Below, piece by piece: positions 1-13,200 of a stretch of 64,000 nt of DNA. Source of the DNA: a virus; UHGV virus genome UHGV-0023958; one strand, written 5' to 3'. The notes below the pieces were generated by a model. The model did not search any database and was not told the DNA's origin. It saw nothing but the letters and a program-made list of their open reading frames with translations. How positions within the stretch are numbered: position 1 is the first letter of the stretch; each line of letters opens with the position of its first letter. The position numbers and the translations under genes are program-made.

Positions 1-1
1 A

Positions 2-3000
2 GATGTTAAGGGATAGATTGTTCATTTACCAGTTACAAAAGATAGAAACCTAAATCAATATACAGCTGGCATGGTGTATAATATATCTACTGGAAGCTGG
101 GAAGAAAATATGGCTTTAATACAAGCTCTTACAGATGTATATGAGGGTAAGGGCGATAGATCAAACATCAAAATACCAGGAAGATACACCGGTGGCGTTA
201 CAAGTGGAACATATACAGATGTAACTGGGGCAGAAAAAACCGTAACATATTGGAATGGTAAAACTTTAAAGAAATGGCTAAAAAGCGATCAAAAAGATAT
301 GGAAAGTATGATCTCTTCATTATCTTTAGAGGATAAAAATCATTTTTTGAGACTATTGTTTGGGCAAAGTAATGGAAATTTTTGGTATACAATTGGTTCT
401 AGTAATGAGTTGAGAAAAAAATATAAATCTCAATATGACTAGATTGTTGCGAATAAAGAAAATAGCAATTACTATCTTCAAGACATAGGTGGTTCTTGGG
501 AAATCGGAGAAGATGGTAGTTGGAAATTTATTCCAAGAGAAAGTACTTCCGAAAGTAGATAGAAAGCATCTAAAAATATGTATAATAAAGATTGGTGGGA
601 AATCGCATAGGAATAGGATGAAAATAGACTAATTAATGATTTTTCTAATAACAGAAAAGATATAGATGAACAAACGGCGGCACAAATGGTCCCAGTTGCC
701 TCTAGAAGATTAGCAAGAATTATAGATTATTCTAATAAAGTAGATAGAATCACTCAAGAAATAATTAAAAGAAATCCAGAGTTAGAAGGTAGGGATGTTG
801 AAGAGGTTTCAAAAGAATTTTTAAAAGCTACAAATCCAAAAAATTTAGATAGATATCTAAGATCAAAGGAGCTTTTAGCAGCTTTCCCGAAGGAAGGAAC
901 AGATCAAGAAAAATATGAATTTGCATATCAAGGTTTAAGAGAAGATTCTAATGAGGAATCCAAACTTAAAAATATGCTTTATATAATTGAACAGGCTGGA
1001 TTATTAGACAAAGTAAAGTCCGGATACATGGATTGGGAAAAATATTTTTTTAAACAACAAAAATCGATTCCTTATTCTGTTTTAACATCAATGGCTACGG
1101 GTAAAATGCTTGGATACGAAGAAGATGAGTTGAGGCCAGAGTACGCGGAACAGAGGTCTTAGATAAAAACATTAACATAGGTTGATGAAAAATATATCTC
1201 AGATATGAAGAATCAGATGGGAGATGAAATATTATCTACAGCAGAAGACGAGATTGATTTTTTTAAAAGAAAGATATCCGAACTCGGTAAACAAAAAGGA
1301 TTGGATGAAGACGCAATAAATTCTGCATTGGAGAAAGTCGATTATGCTGTTGAAGATACCGCTGCATAGAGTATTGAAGATGTTTAGAAATATATAAATA
1401 GCCAATATGATGCAAGTGAAATTGAATCTTTTGAAGCTTTACATGAAGCAATGGGTGTCGGGGAATTTTCTGGAGAAGAAACACCATTACAAGAAGAATT
1501 TGAAAATAGTCAAGATAATCTTTATCAACAAATTGATGAAAAACAAAAAGAATTCGAGGCAATTTATAGAACGCAAGTATAGGCATTTAATGATTATATT
1601 ATGTATATGGCCAAAGATATGCTTTCTCTTGCCAATGAAATAAATGAAAATAGCAAAAAAAATAATAAAAAAAATCAATAGAAGAAGAAACAGACAATTG
1701 ATCAAGAATCTAAAAAAATTGAAGAATCTTCTAAAGAAATTGCACAAAATATTGTTAATAATGCTATAGATAACGCAGTCAAACAAACAGAAGAGGTTGC
1801 GCAAATATATACATCGTCAGCAAAAATTTCCAAAGAAGAAAATAAACCTGTTTTAAAAGACGGTGTTTATGTTTGGTCTAGAACTGGTAGAAGATTATCC
1901 GCAAAACAACTTTCTTCACGTGGTTTACAAAATAATCCTCCTTCTGGAAATATTCAATATTTTGGTGGCCCAATTCCAGTTTATCCAGCTGGTCAAGGTG
2001 GAGAATTAGATCCAAATAAAACATATAGAGAAACTGGTATAACGGTTGATGCCGAAAATAAGATAGTAAGTAGAACTTTAAAAGAAGTTCAAAAGAGACA
2101 AGACGGTGGCAAGCGTGGATCGTCTCAGCTTGATGTAATTAAACAGATCAAAGAAGACACTGGAAAAATTGTAAATATAATGGAATAGCAACCACCCGTT
2201 TCTGGTGGTGGTATGCCACCAGAGATTCCAACTACCGGTGGCGGAACTTCTGGCGGTAGTAAGAAAGGCAAATCTAAAGAAGATAAGCAAAAAGAAAAAG
2301 AAGATAAACAGGTTGAAGCTCAAAGAAAAAAAAATAATCAAGAATACGCAAAAGCCTTAAAGACAGAATACGATTATCAATTGAAGATTGATGATGCAAG
2401 ACGTAAGTCCAATATAACTTCCGGTAGAGAAAGAAAGTCTTAGCAAGAATTTATAAAAGTTGCACAATAGCAATTGAAAATAGCACAAGCAACAACTCAA
2501 GAAAGAAGAAAGGCTGTTACAGATAAAGATGCTGCGCTTATTGAATCTGGCTTACAAGGTCAGTTTTCTGTTAAACGTGCCGCAATATATACAAAAGATA
2601 AAGGTGCACGTAATATATTCGACCTTATGGGCGATGATATCAAGAGAGCTTTTTAGAGAATTACAGATTTTGGTGTGGCTGCTCGTATTTTGAATAAAGT
2701 TCAAAAAGAAATTGCTAATGTATATCAAAATATATTGAAGCTCAATGAAGCAATGACAGACATTCGTATTGTAACTGGTGCGAGTGTTGATGAAGCGAAT
2801 TCTTTAATGACTAGTTATAATAAACTCGCAAAAGAACTTGGCACAACAACAACCGAGGTTGCAAAGTCTGCAAGCGAATGGATGCGTCAAGGCTATACTG
2901 CAAGCGAATCTGTTAATTTGATTACTTCTTCTGTAAAACTTGCTCGTCTAGGCTTCATGGATATGAGTTCCGCGACAACATCGTTGACGGCTGTTCTTAA

Positions 3001-6000
3001 AGGTTTCAATCTTCAAGCTACTGAATCATCTAAAATTGTTGATAAGCTTACAAAACTCGATGCCGAATACGCGACAACAGCTGGCGATATCGCTAACGCA
3101 TTATCAAGAACGGCTGCTGCCGCAAAAGCAGCCAATCTCGATCTCGATCAAACTGCAGCAATGCTTACTACAATTATTGATATTACGCAGCAAGATGCTG
3201 GTAGCGTTGGTAATGCTTTAAAGACGATTTTGTCAAGATATGGAAATGTTAAAGCTGGCGTATTTGCTGGAATGGCAGAAGATGGGGAAGACGCATCTGA
3301 AAGCATAAACGATGTTGAAAAGGTGCTGAATGCGATTGGTATTCAGATCCGTTCGACTTCAACAGAAATGCGTGGTTTTGATGAAGTCCTCGATGATTTG
3401 GCTGAAAAATGGGATAATTTAAACGATGTCGAACAAAACGCCGTTGCAACTGCTATGGCTGGTGTAAGACAGCGCAACCAATTTTTAGCCTTGATGCAAA
3501 ACTACAACCAATATAAAGAAAGTTTGGAATCTTCTCGTACATCTTCTGGTACGGCAGATGAAAAATATGCTGCGGTTATGGATAGCATTGCTACTTCTAT
3601 GCAAAAAATACAAACTGCGTGGGAAAGTTTTACACAAAAACTTCAAGCGAGTGGATTTGTAAAAACATTCTTTAAGGCAATTGCAGGTGTTGTTGAAAAT
3701 ATTGATAAGATACTTCCAAATATTGTGGCGATGTTGACGGCTATTGCTGGAAAACACCTTCCAACTATAGGAATGAAGGTCCAAGGTTTATTTGGCGGTG
3801 GAAGTCGTATGGGGAAAGGTGTCAGAGCTGCTTTCGGACGAAGTGGATCATTTGAACAAGAAAGTTTAAGAGAACTTGCAGAATACAAAAAAGGACTTGG
3901 CTATAAAGATGAGGAACTTTCTGAAGCAGAAAGAAAAATCCTTGGTTCTGGGCACCAAGAAAATACCGCAGATGATAAAACAGCATCCAATACCGATTAG
4001 ATTAAATCTGATGTTTCTACTATAAAGGCTTATTTACAAAACAAAAAAGCAGGAGGTGCTACCACTCCGAATACTGGAGATGATACAAATCAAAACGTAG
4101 AGGCTGGTGGCAGTCAAAAAGTTTCTAATAAAAAAGGTAAAGCTAAAGGAACAAAATTTTTAAAAAAAGCTAGAATAGCCTCTGGTGTTACGACTGGAAT
4201 AGCATCGGGACTTTCTTCTGGTATGACTGCTAATTATGGTGATTTTACAAGCACTGCTGACAAAATATTTACTGGTGCTGCTTCTGGTATATTTTCTGGT
4301 GTTGGAACCGCTCTTGCTGGTCCTATTGGGGGTATCATAGGCACGGCGTTTGGATAGAAAATCGGTGAGATATTTTATGGACAATTTCACAAAGAAGAAA
4401 TTGCTCGTCGCAAACGTGTTGATGAAGCTAAGAAGCAACTTGAAGCTACTCAAAAGGTAGAATCTGCAATTACCTCCGCCGAAGAATTAATAAGCAAAGA
4501 TAGAAGCGAATGGGGTTCGGAAGAGTATAAGCAAGAAAAAGAAGTAATTGACTAGATGCGACTTGGATTACAAACTTCAAGCACATTAGCAGAAAACTTT
4601 GCAAAACTTTCTGGTAAGCCTACCGATGTTTCTGATTGGCTTCTTAAGTTATCTTCTGATTTAACATAGCTTGATAAAAGCGTTATTGCAAATTATCGTG
4701 CGGCTCAAATTTTGACGGAAGCGCAAGAAACATATAAAGCTGGCGAAGAAGATCGTGCGGCGTTATATGATAAGCTTGGAAGTGCAGAAGCTTCCATGCT
4801 TAATCAAATTCAGAACATAGATTCTGCTTCTTCGGAGTATCTTGAAAAACATAAAGAATATGAGAGCAAATACGGGAGGACAGTTGAATCTGGTATTGCT
4901 TCAATGCAACAAGCGCAAATGCAATTAGATGCGTTTACTGATGCGTTGCACGAAGGATATATGCAAGCCGCATTTTATTCTTCTGGGGTTTCTCAAATGT
5001 CTTCGACGGATATCGCCGGGGCGAGTCTCGATAGAGTTGTTGCCGAGGTCGCTCGTGCTTGGGCGGCAAGTGATGCTACTGCTTTAGTGTTTGCTAATGG
5101 AATGCTTTTGGATAGTGCAAGAAAATAGATTGTAGCGTATTTAAAAACACAATCTGATTTTACGTCATTAACAAAATCTCCTGGTGGAAGTTTCCGAGAA
5201 ATATTAGATGCTAGAGATGATATTGGAGATTATTTAAATAAAACTGGTAATGATTATACCAAATTAAAAAATATAGTCAATCAACAAGATTTTAAGAAAA
5301 TAAGAGAATTTTTTGGATATGATTCTAAGGATACAACAAAAGATTCTTATATTAAAGATATAATTGATAAAATCAATAAAGCTGATCCAACAAATATTGA
5401 ATTGATTGCGCATGGATTAAACATGACTGTTGAAGAAGCAGAAAAACTCAAAGATGTTATAGGAACAATAACCCTTTCTGATATTTTAAACGGAGCGAAC
5501 AAACTTTTAGATAAGTTTGACGAATTAAATACGATTCTTGGAGAGATTAGCGATAATGATATTTTATCTCCAGATACAATGAATAAAATAGTCAAGAATT
5601 TTCCAAATTTATTAAAAGGAACCGATGAAAGTGGAAATGTTACTATATCAAGAGATAACATTATAAGAAATCTTACAAAGTAGATTACAGATCCAAATGG
5701 TACTTACGCAACTGGATATATTGGTAAAGTGGCAACAGGAGCAAAAACCGAATCTAAATACTGGGATTTATTTAAAGATGTTGCTGATTAGTATTTTACC
5801 GGAGATACGCTTAAATAGATAATGAATTATAGCAATTTCGAAGGTGCGGAATCTATAATGATGAGACCGGAGAATAAGTAGGCATTGTAGAGATTTGGTG
5901 AAATAGTTGCGACTTCAACAGGGATTATTGATTAGCAAGAAAGAGCTAGAAATACATTAATTGAAGCGGAAAACAAATCTTTGGAAAAACAAATCGATAA

Positions 6001-7525
6001 TTTACAATCCATTAAAGATTCAATTGGAGATATCAATAAACAAAGAGAAAAAGAGCTTAATTTAATAAAGGCTCGCGATGCGCTTGAAAATGCGAAAAAA
6101 GAAAAGAAGCTTGTTTATCGTGCCGGTATTGGATTTGTTGCTACGTCAGACTCTTCTGCAATATAGGAGGCTCAAAAGAAAGTTGATGATTTGCAAAATC
6201 AACAAACTCAAGAAGATTTACAATATCAAATAGATTAGCTTAATCAACAAAAAGCAATATTAGAGGCGATTAAGAATGATCCCAATATGGAGAGCTTAAA
6301 AAATACTGCGGAAATTATAAAAGATGAATTGATGTAGAAAACGCCAGGTGGTATTCTTGGGCTATTAAAAAATTTAGATCCAGAAACTTTTTCTGATAAT
6401 GTTCGAGACGGCATTGTGAAAAGTATTACAGAAAAAACGCTAGCCGTTGGGCAAGATACATACAGAAACATAAAGTTTTCGTTAGACACTTTGTTATAGG
6501 ATTATAAAGATTTTTATGATACAAAAAATTATGAAGGAAGTGGACAATCTGTTCAATCTATTTTAGAAGATCCGTCAAATATTTATTTTTCTCGCGTTTC
6601 AAATTCAATAAAAGAAAAACAAAGTGCTATAGAAAGTAAGAAAAAAGAGCTAGATAATTTAAAAGAGAAGTATTTTTCTGGCGATAATAAATCGTTATTA
6701 GGAAGTTATGGCGGAGCAATTGAAAATATACAAAATTATTATAAAGAAAAATATGGAACAGATGATTATTAGGATGTGTCAAAGTTAAAATTTAACAAAG
6801 AGGGTATTTTGTTAGATTTAGAAAATGCTTCTGGTGATTATCATGAAAATTATTTTACAATGGTCAAATACACAAATGAGGCGGTATCCGATGATTCTTT
6901 TACCGATAATAAACATCGAAAATATAAAAAATCACCCGGTAAATCTTGGGAAAGCTTGGGTAAATCATGGAACGATATTGTAGAAAATGATTTGTTATAG
7001 CCGGGAGATTTCGTTTTAGTAGATTTAAAAGGAAATAAACTCGCCTATGTTGGTGTTGATAAAAAATTATATTGGGTACAAACTAAAAAGCCGAAAGATT
7101 AGAGTTATGGTGGTTATGGCGATGTTAATGACACAACAAAAGGAAATAACCCCGATATAGATTATTCTAATATGCGAGCCAAAGGTGATTATAATTATCA
7201 AGGTGGCAACGTTCTCATTAACGAACTTGGTACAGAAGCTATTGTAACACCACAGGGTACGCTTACATCACTTCCTTCTCATTCTGGTATTGTTCCTGCC
7301 GATCTCACAAAGAATTTGTTTGCTCTTGGCGAGATTGCTCCAAATCTTATTGCGACTCTTCGTAATCAGATGCCAAATGTTTCTAAATCGAATTCTACTA
7401 GCAATGATAATTCTACGAATATCGGAACTGTTTATGCAACATTTAATGCAGATAGCGGATTTGATATGAACAGATTTATGATCGACTTGCGCTCTGCCGC
7501 TGGCAACACAAGACACAACAACTAA
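2..7525 (+). CDS. Tail tape measure protein, 5' partial, read with about 30 in-frame TAG codons as sense; ends at TAA 7523-7525.
   Basis: Track ORFs 71-442, 686-1162, 2213-2443, 2474-2656, 2675-4000, 4712-5128, 5402-5683, 5981-6166, 6776-7000 and 7172-7525 are all in frame 2. Codon-by-codon walks of 3998-4712 and 5126-5402 found only TAG between them, no TAA or TGA. The 2675-4000 segment has a TP901-type core (GASVDEANSLMTSYNKLAKELG...LKGFNLQ). Confidence 0.75.
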
Positions 7526-7536
7526 ATAAAATAATG

Positions 7537-7568
7537 AAATAACGCGGTTGAAATATATCGCGTTATTT
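7537..7568 (+). terminator. 10-bp inverted repeat aaataacgcg/cgcgttattt with a 12-nt loop immediately after the tape-measure stop; the U-tract is weak.
   Basis: Perfect complementarity seen in the sequence. Confidence 0.3.
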
Positions 7569-7595
7569 CAAAATAAATATATAAGGAGAAAATAT

Positions 7596-8306
7596 ATGTA
7601 TTATTTGGATTACGCAAAAAAAGTTGGAGATAGATATATTTTGAATTTTTTTGCTGATACAGCTGAAGATATCGCAGACGTTCCAACAAATACACCATAT
7701 ATCACACGTAATGGTACGAATTATGGTGTTCCGCTTGAAACATCTATTGTTACAGTTATTGAAAATGATGTTCGTAAGAATTATGTTCTTCAAAACGGTG
7801 TTTATATTGCGGGGGGTGATGTACCCTCTGTGCTTGGTATGCTCGAAGCAACAGAAAACAAAACATATAAAGCTTCTGACGAAGACCTCGAAGGGTATTC
7901 AACCGTAACTGTAAATGTAGAGCCGAAGTTGCAATCGAAATCTGTTACGGCAAATGGCACCGTTACACCTGATGCTTCTTACGATGGTCTTTCGCAGGTT
8001 ACGGTTAATGTTCCCCCTACAACTCCAAAATTACAAGCTAAAACAGCAACAATAAATGGCGTTGTTAAACCAGATGCTACTTATGATGGTTTGTCGCAAG
8101 TAACTGTAAACGTTCCAGCTACTCCTATGGAAACAAAGACGGTTGAGCCGAATTTCTCGAATGGCAGCGAGGTTCTTACACCGACAGAAGGCAAGGTTTT
8201 CTCTTCTGTGACTTTAACAAAACCCGCTACGTTGCTTCCCGAAAATATTAAAAAGGGAGTTATTATTTGTGGTATCGAGGGTACTTACGAAGCCGCTGGC
8301 GCATAA
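7596..8306 (+). CDS. Tail fibre / receptor-binding-like protein, paralogue A, with an internal tandem repeat of about 27 aa.
   Basis: RBS aaggag then ATG 7596. Its N-terminus MYYLDYAKKVGDRYILNFFAD...NGTNYGVPL is shared with the 9039 gene. The repeat is ANGTVTPDASYDGLSQVTVNVP, present twice. Confidence 0.5.
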   Translation: MYYLDYAKKVGDRYILNFFADTAEDIADVPTNTPYITRNGTNYGVPLETSIVTVIENDVRKNYVLQNGVYIAGGDVPSVLGMLEATENKTYKASDEDLEGYSTVTVNVEPKLQSKSVTANGTVTPDASYDGLSQVTVNVPPTTPKLQAKTATINGVVKPDATYDGLSQVTVNVPATPMETKTVEPNFSNGSEVLTPTEGKVFSSVTLTKPATLLPENIKKGVIICGIEGTYEAAGA

Positions 8307-8316
8307 TTGGTGATTT

Positions 8317-8976
8317 ATGATGAAAAAGTCTAAAAGAATTCTTATGATGATTGGTTTTTATTTTCTTTCATTCACTTGGGGGTTCATAATGAGTTTCATT
8401 GGGTTGTTTGTCGTTTTTGGTTCGTGCTTAATTACAAAAACAAAACCGAAGAGATTTGGTTTGTGTACGTATAATATTATTGGTGAGTATTGGGGCGGAT
8501 CTAATTGGGGATTTGGTTTTATCAGCGATAAAAGGTCTCCGAAATCAACTTATTGCCATGAACACGGTCACGGTTTACAAAATATAATTTTTGGACCGCT
8601 TATGCCGTTTATTGTTTGTATACCAAGTGCTGTCAGATATGGACTGTTTGATTGCGATACAGATAGAGATAAAATTAAGTTTTTATCGATTTTCTGTAGT
8701 TTGTTCGCTTTGGCGTTCTTTATTCCGATGATGATTGGTATATTTGCAAGCTGCTTGCCAGTAATTATTGTGTTCGGTATTTTGTTTTTATACGCTATCA
8801 TTTTGATTGTTTGGCTTGTATTTTTCGAAGCACCGAAACACAAAGGAAGACTGCACCCAGATTATGATTCCATCTGGTTTGAAGGGGATGCTACTCGCAG
8901 GGGAACTGCGTTTATGGAAAAGTGTTTTCCAGAAGAAATTTATAAAGTTAGTAGACTACCCATTAGCTTTAGCTGA
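8317..8976 (+). CDS. Polytopic membrane protein with an HExxH (CHEHGHG) zinc-metalloprotease-like motif.
   Basis: Several hydrophobic segments; the HEHGH motif; lies between the two fibre paralogues. Confidence 0.4.
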   Translation: MMKKSKRILMMIGFYFLSFTWGFIMSFIGLFVVFGSCLITKTKPKRFGLCTYNIIGEYWGGSNWGFGFISDKRSPKSTYCHEHGHGLQNIIFGPLMPFIVCIPSAVRYGLFDCDTDRDKIKFLSIFCSLFALAFFIPMMIGIFASCLPVIIVFGILFLYAIILIVWLVFFEAPKHKGRLHPDYDSIWFEGDATRRGTAFMEKCFPEEIYKVSRLPISFS

Positions 8977-9038
8977 TGGGTGATCCACATGAGTAGTTCA
9001 CAAAAAAATAAATATGATTAAAAAAAGAAGGGGGTATT

Positions 9039-9875
9039 ATGTTATATTTAGATTATGCGAAGCCCGTTGAAGGTGGTTATATACTTAACTTTTTCGCTGA
9101 TAAAGTTGAAGATATGGAAGCTATAACTGGCGGAAAAGAATTTGTTACAAAAAACGGCACGAATTACGGCGTTCCCCTTAAAGGTTCTACTGTCGTAATA
9201 ACTGCTCCCGATAAAGAAAAGAAGACGTTTATTCTTGATGAAAATGGCGAATGGAATGAAGGCGGATTAAACCCGAATGAGTTTTACACGAAGGAAGCTG
9301 CTGACGAAAAATTTATGGAAAAGGTAGTTAACATTAACCTCTCCCCTGATACTGCTACACGAGGCACTTTGACAGAAGAATAGTTAGCTACCTTGATGAA
9401 AGACGATAATAATTATATCACTCTTAACAAAGAAATCTATCGGTTAGCAGACAAGCAATACACCACAGAAATTATCTCCTATGTCAATACAGGTGTGGGT
9501 AGTAATATAATTTATATCACTGTTTCTACAAGAGCTTGGACTTTGGTTGTAGGGGAGAGGCCAAGTACGGTTTATAAACACGAGCTTACCCTCGTTGATA
9601 AAGATAATCAACACATAGAGATATCATTGATTAACAATTGGAAGTTCGAATATGACGATCAGAATTTACGTGAGTTGGTGGGTGGTGGCACGTACTCAAC
9701 TGTTGGACGTTCTGATATTAGCTTTGACGGTTCAGAGTTAGGTTTATACAATTTTTTTAGTATAGACGGTGCTACTGTAGATGGTTATGCTTATTATATT
9801 AAAACAGACGGAACAATAGGTATACAAGAGTTAAGTACAGTACGCGTTGATAGTGACTTGGTGACGGACTTTTAA
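9039..9875 (+). CDS. Tail fibre / receptor-binding-like protein, paralogue B, with one in-frame TAG at 9384-9386.
   Basis: Track ORFs 9039-9383 and 9393-9875 share a frame and are separated only by TAG. N-terminus MLYLDYAKPVEGGYILNFFAD...NGTNYGVPL. Confidence 0.55.
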
Positions 9876-10202
9876 CATTTAAACCTCATATCCCGCTGGT
9901 GAAAAAGACGCTACGGTGCATCTGGTGTGATAACTGGCGGAACCGCCACTTTAAGTGATGGTACGAGTGTACCGATAACTATAACTACCGCCGAAGCATA
10001 ATTCGGCATAAACACTTTATCTCCCTTTCCCCCAATTTGAGAGGGGAGGAATAATAAATAAAATTTAGGTTTTATTATACAGCCCAGTTTTTGTTCGGTT
10101 TTCTGTAAAAAAATCGAACACCAATAAGTTTGGGTGTGGCGAGTGAGATACCTCCCGCCCGCCACAACTCAATATAAAAAATAAAAGAGGAGGCAAGAGA
10201 TT

Positions 10203-13200
10203 ATGGCAGTTTTTAAACCGACAAATTGTTCGCCGTATTTAACATCTTTTGATATTACATATTTGAATGAAGGACCAATTTATTTTCAATGTAAAATAGA
10301 TACGTCAAACACAAATATTGACGGATATGCTATAACTGTTTATGATAGTGATAATCATAAAATTTTTCCGCATAATGGAAACGCAGTCGATAATATATCA
10401 TATATCAAAGATCTTCATTATGATACAACGAAGATTGGATCGATTATTTCTGATGATGGAATTTCTGATTTAAACACTGGTTTAAACGGAAGTTATTTAA
10501 AAATTCCTTTTGTTGTAAACAATGGTTAGAATAGTTATCTAACAAACACAACGAGAAAAAATGTTGTTGTGTATAATAAAAAAACAGACGGAAGTTATGA
10601 AATAAAAGATAATTCTGGAAATATCATTAAATTATATAACGGAAATCAGTATAAATGGACAATAACTTTATATTAGCTCGGACAAGACGCTGTTGATAAT
10701 AAGAAATCTAGGCCAGAAGAAATTAAATATTATGATATGACAGTGGCTTCTGGCAAAATTCTTGGATCTACCAATGAAAGAATCCAAAGCTATCCGAGCG
10801 ATCAAATTTATAATGATTACTTTTTACAATTATATAGTGCTCCAGTTGTTAATGTTGGTCCTGATTTTTAGATTACAAAAATTACAGGAGATGTAAAACA
10901 AGTTGGAACGAGGGTTAGAATTAAAGATTACGATTCGTATCTCGGACACATGTATTTACAAACTGGACAAGATGGTTTGTCTGAGAAAAATTTAGATATA
11001 TCAAATGTTTTCCAAGTTTTTAAAATGAGTAATAACCCAGATGATTTGGGCACAAAAGACAAAGTTGATTTTTGCATTAGTCAAAAATACTTTGTGCCAA
11101 AGTATTTCCAAGAATCTAAATCTGATTCATCGGCAGCATATTTATCTCAAACATTTGTTATTGCAAACGTCACTGGTTCAAGTGCCTCTGAAACTTTGGA
11201 AAAAGTGAAAGATGTTTATAATAAGCCGTTTTTTGAAAACACTGAAACTTTGTATGGTTTACCTTCATCTAATCAATATTACTCTAAAATTTTTAGTGGT
11301 TATGACGGAGACAATTCTCCCCCGGTTATATTTGGTTAGTCAAGAGTTTTATTGAATACGGAAAATAATAACAACGAATTAGATGAAAGTAGTGGGGCCG
11401 TAACTGGTACTAAGGATTATGGACCGAATGGAGGTAGTTCTAAGTTTAACGGTATATGGATTCCAAAAACACCAACTGTTGAAAAGATTGCAGAACATTA
11501 GAATGAAGGTAAATACACTGGAACAGATTATAAAATAACAATTCAATGGTATCGTTCTTCTGATGCTGATACATGGGGAGAAATCACAAACAAAGTCGTT
11601 TTAGATACCAACAATTTCAACAGTGATTATGATTCGTTCGCAGGTCAAAATCTTCAAGCATATACTTCTGAGCAAGAAGGAGAGCAAGTTTCAACCGGTA
11701 CTATTAATGATACGCTTATAAAATTTAACAACGAAGAACCTGTTGAAATTTATTCAAATAATTCTTACGAACATAACTATGGATTTATTTATAAAAACAA
11801 CATGGACATAACTGCATGGTTAGCGTCTATAACTGGTGAGACAACGCATGTACTAACTTATACATACATTTGTAAAAACACTTGGAGGGTAACTGGAAAG
11901 CCAAAGTGGCGCGAAGGCGATAATTTTAATGATTGGATTGGAAATCCTATTTATTTTATAGAGAAAGATAATAATATATTTCAAGACAAGCATCAATATC
12001 AAATTTTAGCATATCGTAATCCAAGTAACTCTTACTTACAAGCGGAGGTTAAGTTTAATTTAAATGAACAATATACTACTTATTATAGTGGGAATTATGG
12101 TTTAGATTGTTTTAATCCACCAGAGGAGTGGGAGAAGTGTGAAATACGCGTTGTTTGGAAAAATGATGCCGCAACAGATAAAAACTTAGATCTCCCAGAA
12201 GTTAATGATACAATTCAGTTTTTTATATATGATATAACAACTGGAATTATTAATTTTATTTCTCCGTCTACAGCCGTGTCTGTTGGAGATAAAATATTCA
12301 ATAAAGATAATTCTTCTTCGAATGTTGTGTTGTTAAATAAAACTGTTTGGGCGATTGGACAAGAGCAAGATGTTTCTACATATAAATATAAAAACAATGA
12401 AGGTCGGTTGGTAGACTATAATTATTATCCGATTTTAAACTTCAAAACAAACGATTTATATTCAATTAAAACATTCTTCCGTTCGAGCAGCGAAAATCAA
12501 TTTAGTTTATATGAACGTCCAACTGTCGATTTAGAATTATACGGCGTTTCAGGCGGTGCAAAGATAGAAATTAATGCTGCTGATAAAACATGCAAAACCT
12601 ATGAGAGAAGTATTTTTGCATAGGCTATTTATAATCAAACCAATTTGGTTCAGTGGAGAAATTATCAATGGTTTCTTTACGATGTTCCAAATATTTACGA
12701 AAACGCCGATGCGTATAAAACAGCAGCTGGATCTGCTTTGACAAAATATTTAAATCCGAATGATCTTATTTTGCAATCAGAAGTTGGTTATGATAAAGAG
12801 ATAAAATATACGTTTTATGGTTTGGCAGAAGAACACCATTGGTATATTATATCACTTGTTTTGACAGATCAATACGGAACAATTATTACAAAGAAAATTG
12901 CTGTTTATACTGATTTTACAGTGGAATTAGAACAAGATAAAGATTGGGTTAATTATGGTCTTCGGTGTGATTTAACCGGCGTCGATATGTGGTTTGAAGA
13001 TAAATACGGTTATATATATCCGAATTTGGGTGATAGAAATTATTTGATAGAAACCAACAACAAATATGCAAACAATCCAAATGGCGTTACGTATTCTGAT
13101 AGTGTTATGAATATATCTGATAACTCAGAAGGTGTTTTATATGATAGCGTATATAGCAATGACGGATTAAGTTCTTGGAATTCCCCTTCTAAACAAAATT

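Noticed and set aside
8959-8980. 9-bp hairpin cccattagc / gctgatggg spanning the stop of the 8317 gene.
   Set aside because: There is no downstream U-tract and it sits within coding sequence. Treated as possible but unconvincing.
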